Shown: positions 19,703 to 29,221 of the stretch, in pieces
Position numbering within the stretch: position 1 is the first letter of the stretch
How the letters are laid out: each line of letters starts with the position of its first letter
Position numbers and translations under genes: made by a program
Notes under the pieces: generated by a model
The model's database searches: none
The model's input: only the letters and a program-made list of their open reading frames with translations
What the model was told of the DNA's origin: nothing
Origin: an uncultured bacterium
Lineage (GTDB): Bacteria; Hydrothermota; UBA3073; NMUJ01; CBEVQO01
Direction: 5' to 3'
DNA: 64,000 nucleotides
Assembly (NCBI GenBank): GCA_965552055.1
Contig: CBEVQO010000006.1
Coordinates: forward strand, 32,001 to 96,000

Positions 19703-20830
19703 ATGTTACAAAGTTTTGCAAGAAGTTTGGGTGAAGGACGGATTGAGAAGTTAAGAGACGGTACAAAAATTTTTATTCTTTCTCATTTTGGAGGCAATCC
19801 CGTTGTAAAAGATGAGCATCTCGGGATAGAAGGAGCGGTTTTTAATCCAGGTGCCTCACTCTTTGAAAATAAAGTAATGCTGTTGCCAAGAGTACACTGG
19901 GGATATCAAAAGAAAAAAGTATTTGACGAAAAATTGGGAGTCGAAAGATGGATAATGGAAAATTATATCTCACAGGTATGGGTGCTTTATAGCGAAGATG
20001 GCAAAAATTTCAAAAGGTATGATAATGTCGTGATAAAGAGTGAAGAAAAAGATTTTAAGTATGGGATTGAAGATATAAGGATTGTAAAATTTAAAGATTT
20101 CTATTTGCTTTGTGGATGTGGTAAACTGATTCCTCCCTTTAAAGGTTCGGGTGGCGATAGAGTTGCTATTTACACAACAAGGGATTTCAAGGAGATAAAA
20201 TATCACGGGATAATAAAAGAATTCGATTCAAGGAATGCTTTTCCTTTTCATCGTGAAGTCAATGGCAAACTTTTAATGTTTTTTAGATTCCATCCGAATA
20301 TTCATCTTTGTGTACTCGAAGAGGGAATTGAACAACTTTTGAATCCGGAGAAATATTCAAAATTGTATCAAAAAATTTTTGAAGAAAGAGAAAAAAGTTT
20401 GCTGATAAAAGCAGGTGAATTTCCTCATGAACATGAGAAAGTAGGAGCAGGTGTTCCTGTAATAGAAACCGAAAAAGGATTTTTATTCATTTATCACGCA
20501 GTTGGTGAATATCCAGAGGAATTATGTGAAATTTATGGAATTAAAGAAAGAATAAAAAGAGGTTATTCTATCTGTGCTGCTTTACTCGATCCTGAAAATC
20601 CCCAAAAAGTGATAAAAAGGACGAAATATCCGATTTATATCGCGCACAAACCCTACGAATTATTTGGCGGAGATGGCTTTGAAGTGGATGTTCCTTGTGT
20701 TAATTTTCCCGTAGGCTATGTCCAGATAGGTGACAAAATTTTACTGTATTGTGGTGCCGGTGATAAATATGTTGTGCTTTTAAGTTTCAGTTTGCAGAAG
20801 CTCATTGACTACTTATGGAATTTGTCGTAG
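19703..20830 (+). CDS. GH130-like glycosidase/phosphorylase (PH1107-related)
   Basis: AVFNPGA, GIEDIRI, KVGAG.P, IYHAV, LLD, V.FP.G, YCGAGD. Confidence 0.8.
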   Translation: MLQSFARSLGEGRIEKLRDGTKIFILSHFGGNPVVKDEHLGIEGAVFNPGASLFENKVMLLPRVHWGYQKKKVFDEKLGVERWIMENYISQVWVLYSEDGKNFKRYDNVVIKSEEKDFKYGIEDIRIVKFKDFYLLCGCGKLIPPFKGSGGDRVAIYTTRDFKEIKYHGIIKEFDSRNAFPFHREVNGKLLMFFRFHPNIHLCVLEEGIEQLLNPEKYSKLYQKIFEEREKSLLIKAGEFPHEHEKVGAGVPVIETEKGFLFIYHAVGEYPEELCEIYGIKERIKRGYSICAALLDPENPQKVIKRTKYPIYIAHKPYELFGGDGFEVDVPCVNFPVGYVQIGDKILLYCGAGDKYVVLLSFSLQKLIDYLWNLS

Positions 20831-21675
20831 AGTTAAAAAATGTGAAAAAATATTTTAATGACATTAAGGCAGTTGATGGTTTGAGTTTTTCCATACCGAA
20901 AAATACATGTTTTGGTTTGCTTGGACCTAATGGCTCGGGTAAAACAACAACTTTAAGAATGATACTGGGGATATTCATGCCGGATTCTGGAGAAATAAAA
21001 AGGGGCTTTAAAACCGCTGGTTATCTGCCTGAAGAAAGAGGACTTTATCCCAAGATGAAAGTTTATGAGATAATAAACTTCTTTTCCATGATGTTCGATG
21101 AGCCTCGAAAAGTTCGCAGTAATGCTGAAAAATGGCTTGAAATAATGGAGTTAAAGGAGTATGAGAAGATGGCAGTAAAAGAGTTATCAAAAGGACTTGC
21201 ACAGCGTTTACAGCTTGTAGTTACATTAATGCATGACCCTGATTTTATAATACTTGATGAGCCATTCTCGGGACTTGACCCCCTCTCTGTTGTGCGTCTG
21301 AGAGAAATAATAAACGATTTAAGGAGAGAAAAAACGATACTAATTTCGACTCACTGGATGGACCAAGCGGAAAAACTCTGTGATGAAATTTGTCTGATAA
21401 ATAAAGGTAAAGCAGTTTTAAAGGGAAAATTAAAAGAAATCAAAAGAAATTATCGCACAAACAAAATTTATGTGGAACTGGAAAATGAAATAGATTTTTC
21501 AAATTTTAATTTCATAAACTCTTATCAAAAGAGAAATTCGGGTTATTTGATTGACATAAACGAAAACTTTAATATAAATGATGTTTTGCTTAAACTGGCT
21601 AAAAATAATAGTTTAAGGAAATTTGAAGTTGTTGAACCGTCACTTGAAGAGATATTCATAAAATGCGTCAGTTAA
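20815..21675 (+). CDS. ABC-2 transporter ATP-binding protein (NatA/YhaQ-like)
   Basis: GPNGSGKT, LSKG, ILDEPFSGLDP, PSLEEIFI. Confidence 0.92.
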   Translation: MEFVVELKNVKKYFNDIKAVDGLSFSIPKNTCFGLLGPNGSGKTTTLRMILGIFMPDSGEIKRGFKTAGYLPEERGLYPKMKVYEIINFFSMMFDEPRKVRSNAEKWLEIMELKEYEKMAVKELSKGLAQRLQLVVTLMHDPDFIILDEPFSGLDPLSVVRLREIINDLRREKTILISTHWMDQAEKLCDEICLINKGKAVLKGKLKEIKRNYRTNKIYVELENEIDFSNFNFINSYQKRNSGYLIDINENFNINDVLLKLAKNNSLRKFEVVEPSLEEIFIKCVS

Positions 21676-22856
21676 AAGCGATATTTCTGCGTGAATTCCG
21701 GGAGCAGGTTAAAACAAAAAGTTTTAAATGGTTTTTAATCTTGCCAGTAATAATAGCCTTGATAGTGAAAATTGCGACTACAAGAGGAGAAGCCTTTTCT
21801 TCTATCTTTCGTAAGATTTTTTCCTCCTGGTTTAAACAAAAAATCATCGGAGTGGTTGATAAAACAGGTAAAATAAATCAAAGTGAATTTGAACTTAAAG
21901 GATATCGCTTTATTGTTGGCGATAGTGCATATTGTGTAAAAATGGTAAAAAATGGCAAATTCAAAGGATTTTTAATCATGAATGAAAATAAAGTAACCTT
22001 TTTCACACCGAGACCCTCGGATTACGATGATGTGGATAAAATCAAAGAGATAGTGAATTACTTGCAAAGGGTCAGTAGAATGAAAGAGATAGGATTATCC
22101 GATGATAAGATAAGATGGATACTTGAAAAGCCTGATTTCATTGTAAGGAGTATAAAAGGTCAAGTTAAGGAAACAGGTGTGCTTTTCACTGCGTCTTATT
22201 TCATAACTTTTATTCTATTTTTCGCAATTACTTTTTCTGCACAGATACTTGCTCATACCGTAATCGAAGAAAAAATAAACAGGGTAACAGAGTTAATATT
22301 GCCTCATTGTAAAATAAATCATTTATTGATGGGCAAGCTTTTTGGCGTGATGCTCGCTGTTTTTATCATCTTATTTGTATGGCTTATTTCCGTTTATTTC
22401 CTGTTTCGGTCGCTAATCAATTTTGTGTTTTCGGGGTCTTATTTGTGGCTCTCTTTAGTTTGTTTCATACTCGGGTATATCTTTTACGGGACGCTTATAA
22501 TGGCTTTTGCTGCTCCACTTGATAACGAAAGAGAAGCACATCAATCTGCTTTGATACCAATGTGGCTTATGATAGGAGCATTTTATCTCAATATATTTTA
22601 CATCGTAAAATCACCCGATACAAATTTATCTTTTATTTTTTCACTTATTCCGTTTTTCACACCGATAGTGTTGCCTGTTCGCATTTTCTTAGTGCAGGTC
22701 TCACCCATTCACATTGTCCTGCCGCTTCTTTCACTGGCTATCTTTGCAATTCTAACACTCCTATTTGCGAGTAAAGTTTATAGGGTGGCGATTTTTATGT
22801 ATGGTAAAAAGCCAAGGATAAAAGAGATATGCTCAATCCTCTTTCGGAAATTTTAA
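21663..22856 (+). CDS. ABC-2 transporter permease (NatB/YhaP-like)
   Basis: VIEEKINRVTE, GKLFG, LIPFFTP, YRVAIFMYGK. Confidence 0.88.
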   Translation: MRQLKAIFLREFREQVKTKSFKWFLILPVIIALIVKIATTRGEAFSSIFRKIFSSWFKQKIIGVVDKTGKINQSEFELKGYRFIVGDSAYCVKMVKNGKFKGFLIMNENKVTFFTPRPSDYDDVDKIKEIVNYLQRVSRMKEIGLSDDKIRWILEKPDFIVRSIKGQVKETGVLFTASYFITFILFFAITFSAQILAHTVIEEKINRVTELILPHCKINHLLMGKLFGVMLAVFIILFVWLISVYFLFRSLINFVFSGSYLWLSLVCFILGYIFYGTLIMAFAAPLDNEREAHQSALIPMWLMIGAFYLNIFYIVKSPDTNLSFIFSLIPFFTPIVLPVRIFLVQVSPIHIVLPLLSLAIFAILTLLFASKVYRVAIFMYGKKPRIKEICSILFRKF

Positions 22857-23206
22857 AGAAATATAATCTATCACAAAAAGAACTCGCTCAAAAAGCAGGA
22901 GTATCAGAAGCTGCTATCTCTCTCGCAAAATCGGGTAAGACAAAAATCCCAAAGAAAGTCATTAAATTTTTAGAAGAAAACTACGGGATAAACAGAAAAT
23001 TACTGGAAAGGGCACAGGAAGCTTTTATCGAGGAAGTTAAAAAGAAAAGAGGAATTAAAGAAAAAAATCAAATAATAGAAGAAATCGTGACTTCTTTAAA
23101 GAATATGGAAAAAGAAAAAATTTTATCAATATTGAAGGAATTTCTGAAAATGCTGAGCGAAAAAGAATTAATGAACTTTCTTTCGCTTTTTTTAAGAGAA
23201 AAATAA
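22829..23206 (+). CDS. XRE-family HTH regulator
   Basis: LSQKELAQKAGVSEAAIS. Confidence 0.8.
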   Translation: MLNPLSEILKKYNLSQKELAQKAGVSEAAISLAKSGKTKIPKKVIKFLEENYGINRKLLERAQEAFIEEVKKKRGIKEKNQIIEEIVTSLKNMEKEKILSILKEFLKMLSEKELMNFLSLFLREK

Positions 23207-23261
23207 ATATGATAGAAAAACTTTACTTGACAAATCAGGATTTTTATTATTAATATTGGCT

Positions 23262-23846
23262 ATGGGTGGTGTTATCTGGATAACAGGCTTACCTGGTTCC
23301 GGTAAGACGGCGATTGCCCGTGCTATATGCGATATGCTGAAAAATGTGGGCGAAAAAGCAGAAATACTCGATGGTGATGAAATAAGGCGACTAATATCTT
23401 CAGAACTTGGTTTCTCAAAGGAAGACAGAATATTGCACAACAAAAGGGTGATTTATATCGCAAATTTGCTTTCGAGAAACGGTGTGTGGGCGATTATTTC
23501 TTTAATCTCTCCTTATAAAGAGGTGCGTGAATTAGCGCGAAAAACTTTTCCTAATTATCTGGAAGTTTACATTGAATGTCCGATAGAATATTGTGCTGCG
23601 AGGAACTGGCGTGGACTTTTTGAGAAGGCGTTCAAAGGAGAGATAAAAGGGTTAACAGGATATGATGCTCCTTATGAGCCTCCCGAAAATCCAGATGTTG
23701 TCGTTTATGCAGATAAAGAGCTTCCAGAAGAAGGTGCACAGAAAATATTCCAAAAACTGGTAGAAAAAGGATGGGTTAGCCCTTATAAACCGGAAGAGGA
23801 AGAAGAAATTAAGAAACATTTGTCCGACCTTGGATATTTGGGATGA
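23262..23846 (+). CDS. cysC: Adenylyl-sulfate kinase with C-terminal EEEEIK..L..LGYL tail
   Basis: WITGLPGSGKT, LDGDEIR, GFSKEDR, TG.DAPYE.P. Confidence 0.92.
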   Translation: MGGVIWITGLPGSGKTAIARAICDMLKNVGEKAEILDGDEIRRLISSELGFSKEDRILHNKRVIYIANLLSRNGVWAIISLISPYKEVRELARKTFPNYLEVYIECPIEYCAARNWRGLFEKAFKGEIKGLTGYDAPYEPPENPDVVVYADKELPEEGAQKIFQKLVEKGWVSPYKPEEEEEIKKHLSDLGYLG

Positions 23847-25072
23847 AAGTTTTTCTCCTTGGACTCGATGGTGTTCCATTTTCCCTTTTAAAAAAATTTG
23901 TAGATAAAGGGATTTTCGAAAATTTTAAAAGTTTATTAAACGAAGGTGAAATAAGAGAATTGATTTCATCCCTCCCTCCTGTTTCGAATGTTGCATGGAC
24001 TTGTGTTTTAACTGGCAGAAATCCCGGTAAACATGGAGTTTATGGATTTATCGATAAAGACGGAGACAATGTTTATATTCCCTTTTCAAATCATATTAAA
24101 ACCGACACAATTTATCATATTTTGAGTAAAGCAGGTAAAAAAATAATTTCTGTTAATGTGCCTCCCACCTATCCCCCATTCCCCATAAATGGTGTGCTTA
24201 TATCGGGCTTCATGTGCACAAAACTCGAAAAAGGAGTTTATCCAGAAGAATTGTTACCAAAATTAAAAGAATTAGAATATAAAATAGACCCAGATGTATC
24301 ACTGCCACACAAAGGAAAGTTTAAAGAATTTTTAGAAGATTTAAACAAAACTTTTGATGCAAGGATAAGAGTCACAAAATATTTGCTTCAAAATTATGAT
24401 TGGGATTTCTTCCATCTTCATGTAATGGAAACAGATAGAATTAACCATTTTTTCTTTGAATGGGGAGAATATAAAGAAGATTTTGAAAATTTTTACAAAA
24501 AGGTGGATAATTTCATTGGCGAATTAAAGCAAATCTTACCTTCAAATACAAAATTGATTATAATGTCCGACCATGGTTTCTGCAAAGTAGAAAAGGAAGC
24601 AGATACAAATAAGTGGCTTATAGAAAAAGGTTTTCTGAAGCTAAAAGAAGGAGAGCAAATGAAATTGAATTATACAGATGATTCAAAAGCAATAAGTTTG
24701 ATTCCCGGAAGGTTTTATATTTTAAAAAATGAAGGGACAAAAGAAGAACTTAAAGCAAAGCTTGAGGAATGTGATTTTATAGATAAAATTTTTGATAGGG
24801 ATGAAGTTTATTGTGGTAATGAGATAAAAAGAGCCCCGGATTTTATCGCTTTACCTGTGAATGGAATCGACCTTAAAGCATCACTTAAAGAGAAGGAAAA
24901 AGTTTTTTCCGATACTATATTTAAGGGAATGCATACTTATGAGGATGCATTTTTTTACATCAACGATGAAATAAAGGTAAATAAAGTAAAAATTTATGAC
25001 CCTGCTGCAACCGTTTTAAGGCTTTTCGGGATAGACATTCCGGCTGATTTTGACGGGAAATGCGTATTTTAG
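23843..25072 (+). CDS. Alkaline phosphatase superfamily phosphodiesterase (COG3379-like)
   Basis: GLDG, PPVS..AW...TG.NPGKHG, DRINH, SDHGF, GMH. Confidence 0.88.
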   Translation: MKVFLLGLDGVPFSLLKKFVDKGIFENFKSLLNEGEIRELISSLPPVSNVAWTCVLTGRNPGKHGVYGFIDKDGDNVYIPFSNHIKTDTIYHILSKAGKKIISVNVPPTYPPFPINGVLISGFMCTKLEKGVYPEELLPKLKELEYKIDPDVSLPHKGKFKEFLEDLNKTFDARIRVTKYLLQNYDWDFFHLHVMETDRINHFFFEWGEYKEDFENFYKKVDNFIGELKQILPSNTKLIIMSDHGFCKVEKEADTNKWLIEKGFLKLKEGEQMKLNYTDDSKAISLIPGRFYILKNEGTKEELKAKLEECDFIDKIFDRDEVYCGNEIKRAPDFIALPVNGIDLKASLKEKEKVFSDTIFKGMHTYEDAFFYINDEIKVNKVKIYDPAATVLRLFGIDIPADFDGKCVF

Positions 25073-25779
25073 TGATAATACCAACTTATAATGAGAGGGA
25101 GAATTTACCCAAAATAATAAGGAAGATACAAAATCTCGGGATAAAAAATCTGGATATTTTGATAATAGATGATAATTCGCCTGATGGTACAGGCAAACTT
25201 GCTGATGAATATTCGCATAAATTTAAGAATATTTTTGTAATTCACAGGGAAAAGAAGATGGGACTTGGTACTGCTTATAAAACGGGTTTTAAATATGCGA
25301 TAGAAAAGGGATATGACTATGTTTTTGAAATGGATGCTGATTTATCCCATGACCCTGATGATATTCCTCGTTTTTTAAAAGAAATACGGAGAGTCGATTT
25401 AGTGATAGGTTCGCGATATTGTAAAGGTGGGAAAGTTGTTAACTGGCCGAGTTCCCGCAGACTGTTATCTTTTCTGGCAAACTTATATGCAAAAATTTTA
25501 ACAGGCGTACCCATAAACGATATGACATCGGGCTATAAATGTTACAGGAGAAAAGTAATAGAAAATTATGACTATGATAAATTACGGGCAGAAGGTTATG
25601 GCTTTCAAATTGAGACGGTTTTTTATGCCTTTAAGAAAGGTTTTAAATTAAAAGAAATTCCAATAATTTTTCATGATAGAGTTGAAGGCAAATCCAAGCT
25701 TGGCAGGAAAATTGTCTATGAAGCATTTTTCAGGGTTTTGTCTTTATGTTTGCATGATAGAAGATGGTTAGTGCGATAA
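25060..25779 (+). CDS. Polyprenol monophosphomannose synthase (GT2, DPM1-like)
   Basis: IPTYNE, DDNSPDGT, MDADLSH, GYGFQIE. Confidence 0.9.
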   Translation: MRILVIIPTYNERENLPKIIRKIQNLGIKNLDILIIDDNSPDGTGKLADEYSHKFKNIFVIHREKKMGLGTAYKTGFKYAIEKGYDYVFEMDADLSHDPDDIPRFLKEIRRVDLVIGSRYCKGGKVVNWPSSRRLLSFLANLYAKILTGVPINDMTSGYKCYRRKVIENYDYDKLRAEGYGFQIETVFYAFKKGFKLKEIPIIFHDRVEGKSKLGRKIVYEAFFRVLSLCLHDRRWLVR

Positions 25780-26429
25780 TAGCAGCTGCTGGCGTTGGAA
25801 AAAGACTTGGAGCAAATGTTCCAAAAGCATTTGTTCAATTTAAAAATATGCCTTTACTTGCTTATACAACAAAATTTTTTGAAGAAAATAACCTGATTGA
25901 TGAAATAATCTGGGTTGTTCCAAAGGATTTCATAGATGTTGCAAAGGATATACAATTAAAGTATAACTTTAACAAAGTTAAAGCGATAGTTGAAGGCGGT
26001 GCTACTCGTCAGGAATCGGTATATAATGGGTTGAAGATGGCAAAAGGAGAAATTGTGATGATTCATGATGCTGCAAGACCGCTTCTTACGGATTTTCCTT
26101 TTGAAAAAATGATAAGGTTGGCAGAAGAAAAAGGAGCAGTTGTGCCTGTTGCACCGCTTACAGAGACATTGAAATTTATATCAAGGGAAAAAGTGTTGAA
26201 AACCATCCCTCGTGAAAATCTTTTTTGTGCAAAAACTCCACAATGTTTCAAAAGAGAATTAATTTTGAAAGCACATGAGAGAGCGAGACATCAGAAAAAA
26301 GTTTTTACAGACGATGCTACACTTGTAGAAGATATGGGAGAAGAGGTTTATGCAATTGAAGTTTCTACTTACAACATAAAGATTACGACGCAAGAAGATT
26401 TAAAAATTTGTGAAAAATTATGCGAATAG
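25764..26429 (+). CDS. ispD: 2-C-methyl-D-erythritol 4-phosphate cytidylyltransferase
   Basis: AAGVGKR, GGATRQESV, HDAARP, TPQ, TDD, NIKIT. Confidence 0.92.
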   Translation: MVSAIIAAAGVGKRLGANVPKAFVQFKNMPLLAYTTKFFEENNLIDEIIWVVPKDFIDVAKDIQLKYNFNKVKAIVEGGATRQESVYNGLKMAKGEIVMIHDAARPLLTDFPFEKMIRLAEEKGAVVPVAPLTETLKFISREKVLKTIPRENLFCAKTPQCFKRELILKAHERARHQKKVFTDDATLVEDMGEEVYAIEVSTYNIKITTQEDLKICEKLCE

Positions 26430-26881
26430 GGATTGGCTACGATGTTCATAGATTTGTTGAAGGAAGAAAATTTATACTCGGTGGTGTTGAGATTCCCTAC
26501 AAAAAGGGATTGCTTGGTCATTCTGATGGTGACGCTCTTTGCCATGCAATAGCGGATGCTATTCTGGGCGCCAAAAATCTTGGAGATATAGGCAAATATT
26601 TTCCTGATACTGATTCAGAGATAAAAGGAATATCGAGTTTAAAAATTCTTGAAAAAGTGAAAGAAATTTCCAATGCCAAAATTATAAACATCGATGCGGT
26701 TATTGTATGTGAGGAGCCAAAAATTTCTCCTTATCTTGATGTAATGAGAGAGAAAATTTCGGATGTTTTAAAGGTTGACAAATCAGCAATTTCGATAAAA
26801 GTAAAGAGAGGCGAAGGGTTGGGGTTTGTGGGAAAAGGTGAAGGAATTGTCTGTTATGCCGTTTGTCTTATAAGTAAATAG
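26420..26881 (+). CDS. ispF: MEcPP synthase
   Basis: RIGIGYDVH, GHSDGD, GDIGKYFP. Confidence 0.95.
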   Translation: MRIGIGYDVHRFVEGRKFILGGVEIPYKKGLLGHSDGDALCHAIADAILGAKNLGDIGKYFPDTDSEIKGISSLKILEKVKEISNAKIINIDAVIVCEEPKISPYLDVMREKISDVLKVDKSAISIKVKRGEGLGFVGKGEGIVCYAVCLISK

Positions 26882-26889
26882 GGGGACAA

Positions 26890-27360
26890 ATGATTCCCGA
26901 AAAATTAATTCACGGGGTAAAGGTTAAAAAATTGAGACTGATTCCCGATGAAAGAGGCAGATTGATGGAAATATTACGCTGTGATGATGAGATTTTCCAG
27001 AAATTCGGACAGGTCTATATGACAACGGCTTATCCAGGGGTTGTAAAAGCATGGCATTATCACAAAAAGCAGGCTGATAACTTATGTTGCATAAAAGGTA
27101 TGGCTAAAATTGTATTATATGATCCACGGGAAGACTCTCCCACAAAAGGTTTAGTTAACGAATTTTTCTGCGGTGATTTTAATCCTATTTTAATTCATGT
27201 ACCGCCTATGGTTTATCACGGATTTAAATGTGTTAGCACAGAAGAGTGTATCGTGATAAATGTACCAACAGAGCCTTATAACAGGGAGAATCCAGATGAA
27301 TATAGGATTGATCCTTATGATAATGACATACCTTATGATTGGCGTAGGAAAGATAGATAG
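26890..27360 (+). CDS. rmlC: dTDP-4-dehydrorhamnose 3,5-epimerase family cupin
   Basis: DERG, KAWHYH, HGF; adjacent to rmlB. Confidence 0.8.
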   Translation: MIPEKLIHGVKVKKLRLIPDERGRLMEILRCDDEIFQKFGQVYMTTAYPGVVKAWHYHKKQADNLCCIKGMAKIVLYDPREDSPTKGLVNEFFCGDFNPILIHVPPMVYHGFKCVSTEECIVINVPTEPYNRENPDEYRIDPYDNDIPYDWRRKDR

Positions 27361-27368
27361 GAGGTATT

Positions 27369-28400
27369 ATGAATTTACTTGTTACAGGTGGCGCAGGATT
27401 TGTTGGTAGCCACTTTGTTAAATATATACTCAAAAATCGTAAGGATTTTAAAGTGACAGTAATCGATGCTCTCACTTATTGTGGAAATCTCGATAATTTC
27501 ACAGAAGATGTGTGGGACAACGAGAATTTTACTTTCGTAAAAGGAAATATTCTTGATAAAGGACTAGTATTCGAACTTGTTAAGAAAGCAGATATTATCG
27601 TGCATTTTGCAGCTTACACTCATGTTGATAGGTCAATCGACCTTTCAGATCCATTCATCGATACTGATTTTAAGGGAACTCAGGTTTTGCTCGAAGCTGC
27701 TCGGCACTATCCTGTAAAAAAATTTATTCATATTTCGACATCGGAAGTTTATGGAAGTGCTCAATATGTACCCATGGATGAAAATCATCCACTTTGTCCA
27801 CAAAGTCCTTATGCCGCGGCAAAAGCAGGTGGAGATAGATTGTGTTATTCTTATTACATTACCTATAAATTGCCAGTGATTATTATAAGACCTTTTAACA
27901 TTTTTGGACCAAATCAGTATCCCGAAAAAATGATACCGCTTTTCATAACGAATGCAATAGATAATAAAACATTGCCAATATATGGCACTGGTGAAAATAC
28001 CAGAGATTGGACCTATGTTGAAGATACGGTGAGAGCCATCGACAGGGCAATAGATGTTGATGCATTTGGTGAAGTTATCAACATTGGCACAGGAAAAGAT
28101 TATAGTGTAAAATTTATTGCAGAGAAAATCTTGGAAATACTCGGCAAACCAAAGGAATTAATGGAATTTGTGGGAGATAGACCCGGTCATGTTAAGCGGC
28201 TTATAACATCTTATAAAAAGGCAAAGGAAATTTTGGGCTGGGAACCCGAGATAGATTTTTTAGATGGCTTAAAGCGAACAATAAAATGGTATTGTAAGAA
28301 TGAATGGTGGTGGAGGAAGTTAAAAGAGAGTCCAGAATTTATAGAATGGGAAAAAAGATGGTATTCTAAATTGAGGGAGCTGAAAGGATGCAAATCCTGA
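27369..28400 (+). CDS. rmlB: dTDP-glucose 4,6-dehydratase
   Basis: TGGAGFVGS, HVDRSI, STSEVYG, YAAAK, PEKMIP, DRPGH. Confidence 0.88.
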   Translation: MNLLVTGGAGFVGSHFVKYILKNRKDFKVTVIDALTYCGNLDNFTEDVWDNENFTFVKGNILDKGLVFELVKKADIIVHFAAYTHVDRSIDLSDPFIDTDFKGTQVLLEAARHYPVKKFIHISTSEVYGSAQYVPMDENHPLCPQSPYAAAKAGGDRLCYSYYITYKLPVIIIRPFNIFGPNQYPEKMIPLFITNAIDNKTLPIYGTGENTRDWTYVEDTVRAIDRAIDVDAFGEVINIGTGKDYSVKFIAEKILEILGKPKELMEFVGDRPGHVKRLITSYKKAKEILGWEPEIDFLDGLKRTIKWYCKNEWWWRKLKESPEFIEWEKRWYSKLRELKGCKS

Positions 28401-29221
28401 TTTTGTTCGCCGTTTACAAGTTTAATGTTGGAGATGAAATTCTTATAAAAGTCAGGAATAAAAACAATCTTTTTTATTATACATATAGCGAAACGATTTT
28501 ACCCAGTGGTGAGGTTAATATAAAGCTACCTGTTACCCGCTTTTTCATGAAAGGAGGCAGTGAAATAGAAGCCGGTAAAGAGTTCATTTCGGTTGATCTT
28601 GCAAAAATAGCTGGTTATACCAAACGAGAAGCAGATTCTATTTTGACTTATGCGTTTTCTAAATTTTTAAAAGACCCAGTGGTCGATGTTGCGCTTTTAA
28701 GCAGTAAATTAAAGATAGTGGTAAGTGGAGCAGTTAATGATACAGGTAAATATCCTTTTATTCCGGGTAAAACAGTTCTTTATTATATTACACAGGCTGG
28801 AGGATTACTTCCCTGGGCTCAGGATTATGCTTATATAAGAAAAAAGGGAAAAGATGAAGAAATAAAAGTTGACTTCTCTTATGTTGTAGAAAGGGGAGAT
28901 ATTATAAGAATTCCTGAGGCTTATGTTTATGTAAGAGGTGCGGTTGAATCTCCGGTATCTGTTCCTTATCGTCCAAACTTTACCGCTATGGATTATATCA
29001 ATGGAGTAACGCTTTTACCGGATGCAGATATAAAGCGAAGCTATGTTATTAAAAAAAATGGCAAAAAAATAAGCATCAATAAAGCAAAAATAGACAAAGG
29101 AGATATCATTGTTATAGGTTGTAAAAAGACAAGTTCTCTTCAGGAATGGCTTAAGATAACAGGTGGAATTGCCAGCACAATTCTTGCTATAATAGCCATT
29201 AAATCGGCAGTTTTAAAATGA
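28388..29221 (+). CDS. Polysaccharide export protein with SLBB domains (Wza-like)
   Basis: V.V.GAV..PG, QAGG, GDII.IP repeats; C-terminal hydrophobic helix. Confidence 0.75.
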   Translation: MQILILFAVYKFNVGDEILIKVRNKNNLFYYTYSETILPSGEVNIKLPVTRFFMKGGSEIEAGKEFISVDLAKIAGYTKREADSILTYAFSKFLKDPVVDVALLSSKLKIVVSGAVNDTGKYPFIPGKTVLYYITQAGGLLPWAQDYAYIRKKGKDEEIKVDFSYVVERGDIIRIPEAYVYVRGAVESPVSVPYRPNFTAMDYINGVTLLPDADIKRSYVIKKNGKKISINKAKIDKGDIIVIGCKKTSSLQEWLKITGGIASTILAIIAIKSAVLK

